From Cyanobacteria bacterium P01_D01_bin.156 (GTDB lineage Bacteria > Cyanobacteriota > Cyanobacteriia > Phormidesmidales > Phormidesmidaceae): DNA of 64,000 nucleotides. Position 1 is the first letter of the stretch; every line of letters begins with the position of its first letter. Of the stretch, positions 60,173-64,000 are shown piece after piece. The notes below the pieces were generated by a model. The model was not told the origin of the DNA, made no database searches, and saw only the letters and a program-made list of their open reading frames with translations. The translations under genes were made by a program, and so were the position numbers. The stretch spans positions 32,001-96,000 of the forward strand of contig JBCCQQ010000004.1 in assembly GCA_039024555.1 (NCBI GenBank). The letters are read 5' to 3'.

Positions 60173-63100
60173 ATGCATTGTGGATTCAGCCATGTTCAGA
60201 CTAGGCCATTACGTTCTAACCAACAAAGGCTCCACACACTGAGCTTTGGAATCAGTTTTATAGTTCTTGGCTGGTGGACACCTGCTTTAGGGCAGTCCAT
60301 CGTGCCCACCGATAGCACTGAGGTCAATCAGCAATCTACGGATTATCAGATTACCGGTGGCCAGCGTTCAGCAGATGGCACGAATCTGTTTCATGGATTT
60401 GAAAAATTTGGGTTGGATGCTGGGGAACAGGCGAACTTTCTGGTGCCAGCAGGTGTAGCCAATGTATTAGGACGCATTAACGGCGGGGATGCCTCTGTGA
60501 TCAACGGTCAGCTACGGCTACTAGGTAGCGATGCGGATCTATTTTTACTGAATCCCGCAGGCATGATCTTTGGTGAATCAGCCACCTTGGCCTTACCCGG
60601 TGATTTTTTAGCAACCACAGCCCAGGAGATTGAATTTACTGGCGGAACATTTCCCTCCCTTGGCACAGTGGACTACGCCAATTTACTAGGAGCCCCCGTT
60701 GGTCTGGGATTTGCCACTAATGGAGAAGCCGTACTAATCAACAGTGGCTCCTTAGCAGTGAATGATGATGCAGGATTGTCGTTAATAGGCAGCCAGGTCA
60801 TCAATACCGGCAGCCTCTCTGGAGGAACAGTCACGCTGGCAGCGACACGAGAAGAGGGAAACACCTATGTGCGAATCGGCTCTGCAGGGTCCGTTCTAGC
60901 CTATGAAGTACTGCCACAGCAGATAGGCGAAGGAATAACTCCCCTAGGGTTGTCCAGCTTACTGACTCAGCCCTCTATAACCTCGGCAACGGGGCTGACG
61001 GTCAACAGCGACGGTAGCCTACAGCTGGCTGGAGCGAGTTTGGAGATTACCCCCGGCACGATGGTATCCACAGGAGATGTTACGGGTAGCACAATACAGC
61101 TTTTAGGAGATCGCATTGGCATATTGGCAGGCACCATCACAGCGCCAAATGGAGGGGACATTTGGCTGGGGGGAAATCAAACAGGCATAGGGCCTTTACC
61201 CAATGCCAATACAATTTATGTAGCACCCACAGTGACGATAACGGCAGATGGACCAGGGGCCGGAGGTAATATTATTGTCTGGTCCAAAGAGAGTAGTCGT
61301 ATCCATGGGCGTATATCCGCTAGGGGTGAGGGTGGTGACGGGGGCTTTGTGGAAACCAGCAGCCGTGGGTTCTTAGAAGTCACCCAGGCACCGGATGTGT
61401 CATCTGCCCAGGGTAATCCTGGACTGTGGCTAATAGACCCCTATGACATTGAGATTCGAGAAAACGGTGTTAGCAATGAGAATTTCACACCCAGTAATCC
61501 ATTTACTGCCACAGGCTCTCCAGCAGTTTTAGATGTAAGCATTTTGAGAGAGGCCCTGGGATTTGGCAGTGTGGTGGTTTCCACAGGGGACAGCGGCGGC
61601 GAAAACGGCGACATTAGTCTCCTAGATCCGCTCACATATACAACAGCTCCTGGAACCACCTTAGAACTCTCTGCCGCTGGTGATATTGCCATTAATGCCT
61701 CCATTACCCCTGCCACTGGAGCGACCAGTCCTCTTAATATTGAATTACAGGCCGACAGAAGCGGTCAGGGTACTGGGACAGTCACCGTTGCCGAAAACGT
61801 TTTGATCCAGACGTCCGGTGGCAGTTTGTTGGTACGGGGCAATGGCGAACAAGCTCCTAATGGAGCGGGAGTATCGTTGTTTTCAGGCACCACGGTGGAA
61901 ACAGACGGAGGCACCATTGACATTTTTGGCCGTGATGGCAACGGTCCTGGTGTGTCGATTGAGGCAAATACTCGATTGGACACCAATGGTACCGGAGATA
62001 TTTTAATTAGGGGAACCAGCGATACGGGTATTGGCATTGATATCGCCAATAACGTTACTACCAATAGCAGTTTGTTAAGTCTCGATGGCCAGGTTGGTGA
62101 TAGCACTCAACTGGCGATCCAATCCACGTCACCTTTGGTCGACACGGAGGTGATTATTAATTCTGTTGGGGACGTAGAAATAGGCTATGTGGATGTGTCA
62201 GGCAGTATCGACATCACCACAAACAATTTTTTACGGGTTACGGGCACCAATGGACAAGGACAGAGTCTATTTGCCCCCGACAGTATCCGCATAAATCATG
62301 GGGGTAATGGCTTCACACCGTTTACGGTAGGGGATGCGGGTCAAAATGGAACAGCGGGTGCGATCGCAACTAGCTCCACCAATGTCATCAATCCAGAGCG
62401 CTCCTTCTTTGACAGCTTTTTCCAAGGTTCAATTGAGATTTCCACTGCGGATGCTGACCCCAATGAATGCATTGAGGGCTGTAATGACTTTGGCGAGGAT
62501 GAGTTCGAAGATGACTTTGGAGAAGACGACTTTGGAGAGGACGACATCCTAGAAGAGGACGACATCCTAGGAGAGGACGACTTCGAGTTTGAAGATGAAG
62601 AAGAGGACTTTGAAGAGGATGACGACTTCGAAGATGAGTTTGAAGATGAAGATTTTGAAGACGATAGTGAGTTTGAAGATGTCGATGGGGGGTCCTTCGA
62701 TATTCTTGAGGATACTGAAATCACTGCCGAAGATTTAGCCATTCGGGAAAAGTTTATATCCCAGGAATATTCTCAATATCTGGGTAATATTCGCGATCGC
62801 AATTTGCCCTTGCCAGAGGTCCAACAACAACTCAATCAGATCACAGCTCAAACTGGGCACACACCAGGAATTGTCTATGTCAATTTTGTTCCTAACACTG
62901 AGAAAACCTCAAAACAAATCCTTGAGCTAAATCAAGACAATCATCTTCTGGAACTAGTACTTATCATCGGCCAAGCGCCTGCCCAAAGCCTTCTTATCGA
63001 TACGACTAAAGCCGATATCAAAAGAGTTGTACGGCGGCTACAGCGAGGAGTTACCACCCCTTCCCTAGGCGATCGTTACCTGCGTCCGGCACAACAACTC

Positions 63101-63967
63101 CACAACTGGCTAATCTCTCCCCTTGAAAAAACTCTCAGCAATAACAACATTACCCATTTAGCCTTTGTATTACCCTCTGGATTACGTTCCCTGCCCTTAG
63201 CTGCACTCCACAATGGCAACAGTTTTCTAGTAGAGCGCTACAGTCTCGGCATTATGCCTAGCGTGGGGTTAACCAATATCAACTACAGTGATGTGAGATC
63301 TGGTGAGGTTTTAGCGGCAGGTGCGTCTAAATTTCCAGACCAACCAGATTTACCCGCCGTACCGTTAGAACTGAGAACCATTGCAGATACTCTCTGGCCA
63401 GGTCAATTCTTTCTCAACGAATCCTTTACCCCTGAGCAACTCCTCGCCAACCGACAGCGGGGCCGCTACAACATCCTACACTTAGCCACCCATGGAGAAT
63501 TTCGTGCTGGCAACCCCAGTAACTCCTACATCCAGTTTTGGGACCAGCGAATCACCCTTAACCAACTGCCTACCCTCAGTCTCAACGATCCTCCCATCGA
63601 TTTACTCGTGCTCAGTGCTTGTCGCACAGCCCTGGGGAGTCGAGAAGCTGAGCTAGGATTTGCCGGTCTAGCAGTCCAAGCTGGCGTCAAAACCGCCCTA
63701 GCCAGCCTTTGGCGAGTGGATGATGTTGGTACAGCAGGATTAATGACTGAGTTTTATAGCAACTTGCGTTACAGCACTATGCGGGCTGAAGCCTTACGCC
63801 AAGCTCAACTAGCCATGCTTCAGGGAAATGTTGTCATAGACGCCGGTCAGCTAAGCTGGACAGACGGCACGCTGACCATGCCCCCTGTACTAGTAGAAGA
63901 AACCCGAACCGCTTTAAAGCATCCTTTTTACTGGGCTGCGTTCACCCTTATTGGCAGTCCTTGGTAA
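60173..63967 (+). CDS. Filamentous-haemagglutinin (TPS) N-terminal domain + beta-helix + acidic linker + CHAT protease
   Basis: Signal peptide; NLFHGF, RINGGDASVING, LLNPAG and GGFVETS; CHAT dyad LHLATHG / LSACRTA; HPFYWAAFTLIGSPW. Confidence 0.9.
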   Translation: MHCGFSHVQTRPLRSNQQRLHTLSFGISFIVLGWWTPALGQSIVPTDSTEVNQQSTDYQITGGQRSADGTNLFHGFEKFGLDAGEQANFLVPAGVANVLGRINGGDASVINGQLRLLGSDADLFLLNPAGMIFGESATLALPGDFLATTAQEIEFTGGTFPSLGTVDYANLLGAPVGLGFATNGEAVLINSGSLAVNDDAGLSLIGSQVINTGSLSGGTVTLAATREEGNTYVRIGSAGSVLAYEVLPQQIGEGITPLGLSSLLTQPSITSATGLTVNSDGSLQLAGASLEITPGTMVSTGDVTGSTIQLLGDRIGILAGTITAPNGGDIWLGGNQTGIGPLPNANTIYVAPTVTITADGPGAGGNIIVWSKESSRIHGRISARGEGGDGGFVETSSRGFLEVTQAPDVSSAQGNPGLWLIDPYDIEIRENGVSNENFTPSNPFTATGSPAVLDVSILREALGFGSVVVSTGDSGGENGDISLLDPLTYTTAPGTTLELSAAGDIAINASITPATGATSPLNIELQADRSGQGTGTVTVAENVLIQTSGGSLLVRGNGEQAPNGAGVSLFSGTTVETDGGTIDIFGRDGNGPGVSIEANTRLDTNGTGDILIRGTSDTGIGIDIANNVTTNSSLLSLDGQVGDSTQLAIQSTSPLVDTEVIINSVGDVEIGYVDVSGSIDITTNNFLRVTGTNGQGQSLFAPDSIRINHGGNGFTPFTVGDAGQNGTAGAIATSSTNVINPERSFFDSFFQGSIEISTADADPNECIEGCNDFGEDEFEDDFGEDDFGEDDILEEDDILGEDDFEFEDEEEDFEEDDDFEDEFEDEDFEDDSEFEDVDGGSFDILEDTEITAEDLAIREKFISQEYSQYLGNIRDRNLPLPEVQQQLNQITAQTGHTPGIVYVNFVPNTEKTSKQILELNQDNHLLELVLIIGQAPAQSLLIDTTKADIKRVVRRLQRGVTTPSLGDRYLRPAQQLHNWLISPLEKTLSNNNITHLAFVLPSGLRSLPLAALHNGNSFLVERYSLGIMPSVGLTNINYSDVRSGEVLAAGASKFPDQPDLPAVPLELRTIADTLWPGQFFLNESFTPEQLLANRQRGRYNILHLATHGEFRAGNPSNSYIQFWDQRITLNQLPTLSLNDPPIDLLVLSACRTALGSREAELGFAGLAVQAGVKTALASLWRVDDVGTAGLMTEFYSNLRYSTMRAEALRQAQLAMLQGNVVIDAGQLSWTDGTLTMPPVLVEETRTALKHPFYWAAFTLIGSPW
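62486..62685 (+). repeat. Low-complexity Asp/Glu/Phe repeat (DFGED/DFEDE-like units)
   Basis: About 65 aa, mostly D/E with periodic F, including a duplicated GAGGACGACATCCTAG unit. Confidence 0.85.
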
Positions 63968-64000
63968 ATCTACAATTGGCGCTACCGCTTAAAGTAACCC

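Larger units (their letters stand above)
1047..62800. repeat. HIP1 octamer GCGATCGC, dispersed (roughly 20 copies seen by eye)
   Basis: Examples at 1047, 2590, 60071 and 62793. HIP1 over-representation is an established cyanobacterial hallmark. Confidence 0.85.

Noticed and set aside
62341..62742. Ser-rich 133-aa minus-strand ORF
   Set aside because: It is the antisense shadow of the Asp/Glu repeat.

Overview
64-kb segment of a cyanobacterial chromosome. HIP1 GCGATCGC octamers, NtcA boxes, CHAT/DUF928/CHASE2 genes and an NrtP-type nitrate permease fit a filamentous, probably marine, Leptolyngbya-like organism (inference). Recognisable genes: a class III adenylate cyclase, iaaA, ilvN, the natF-natG-natH-bgtA-type amino-acid ABC transporter, a full nitrate-assimilation cluster (nirA fused to a ferredoxin domain, nrtP, narB, nirB, ntcB, cnaT) with readable NtcA/NtcB promoters, a ygfZ-like gene and secA. 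Unexplained content: an orphan ATP-grasp ligase near iaaA with an NtcA-consensus box; an NTT-like/HEAT transporter plus cNMP-binding protein next to a catalytically dead caspase; a 5-kb cassette of secreted proteins ending in a TPR-M48 protease and a small exported protein; two small membrane ORFs inside the nir cluster; a TPR-CHAT/DUF928/CHASE2-GGDEF module; a coupled pair of STAND-like ATPases, one carrying a 12-bp tandem repeat; and a TpsA-like CHAT protein. Three small ORFs missed by the ORF track were read directly. I saw no rRNA, tRNA, CRISPR array or transposase. All family assignments come from motif recognition by eye, not database searches.
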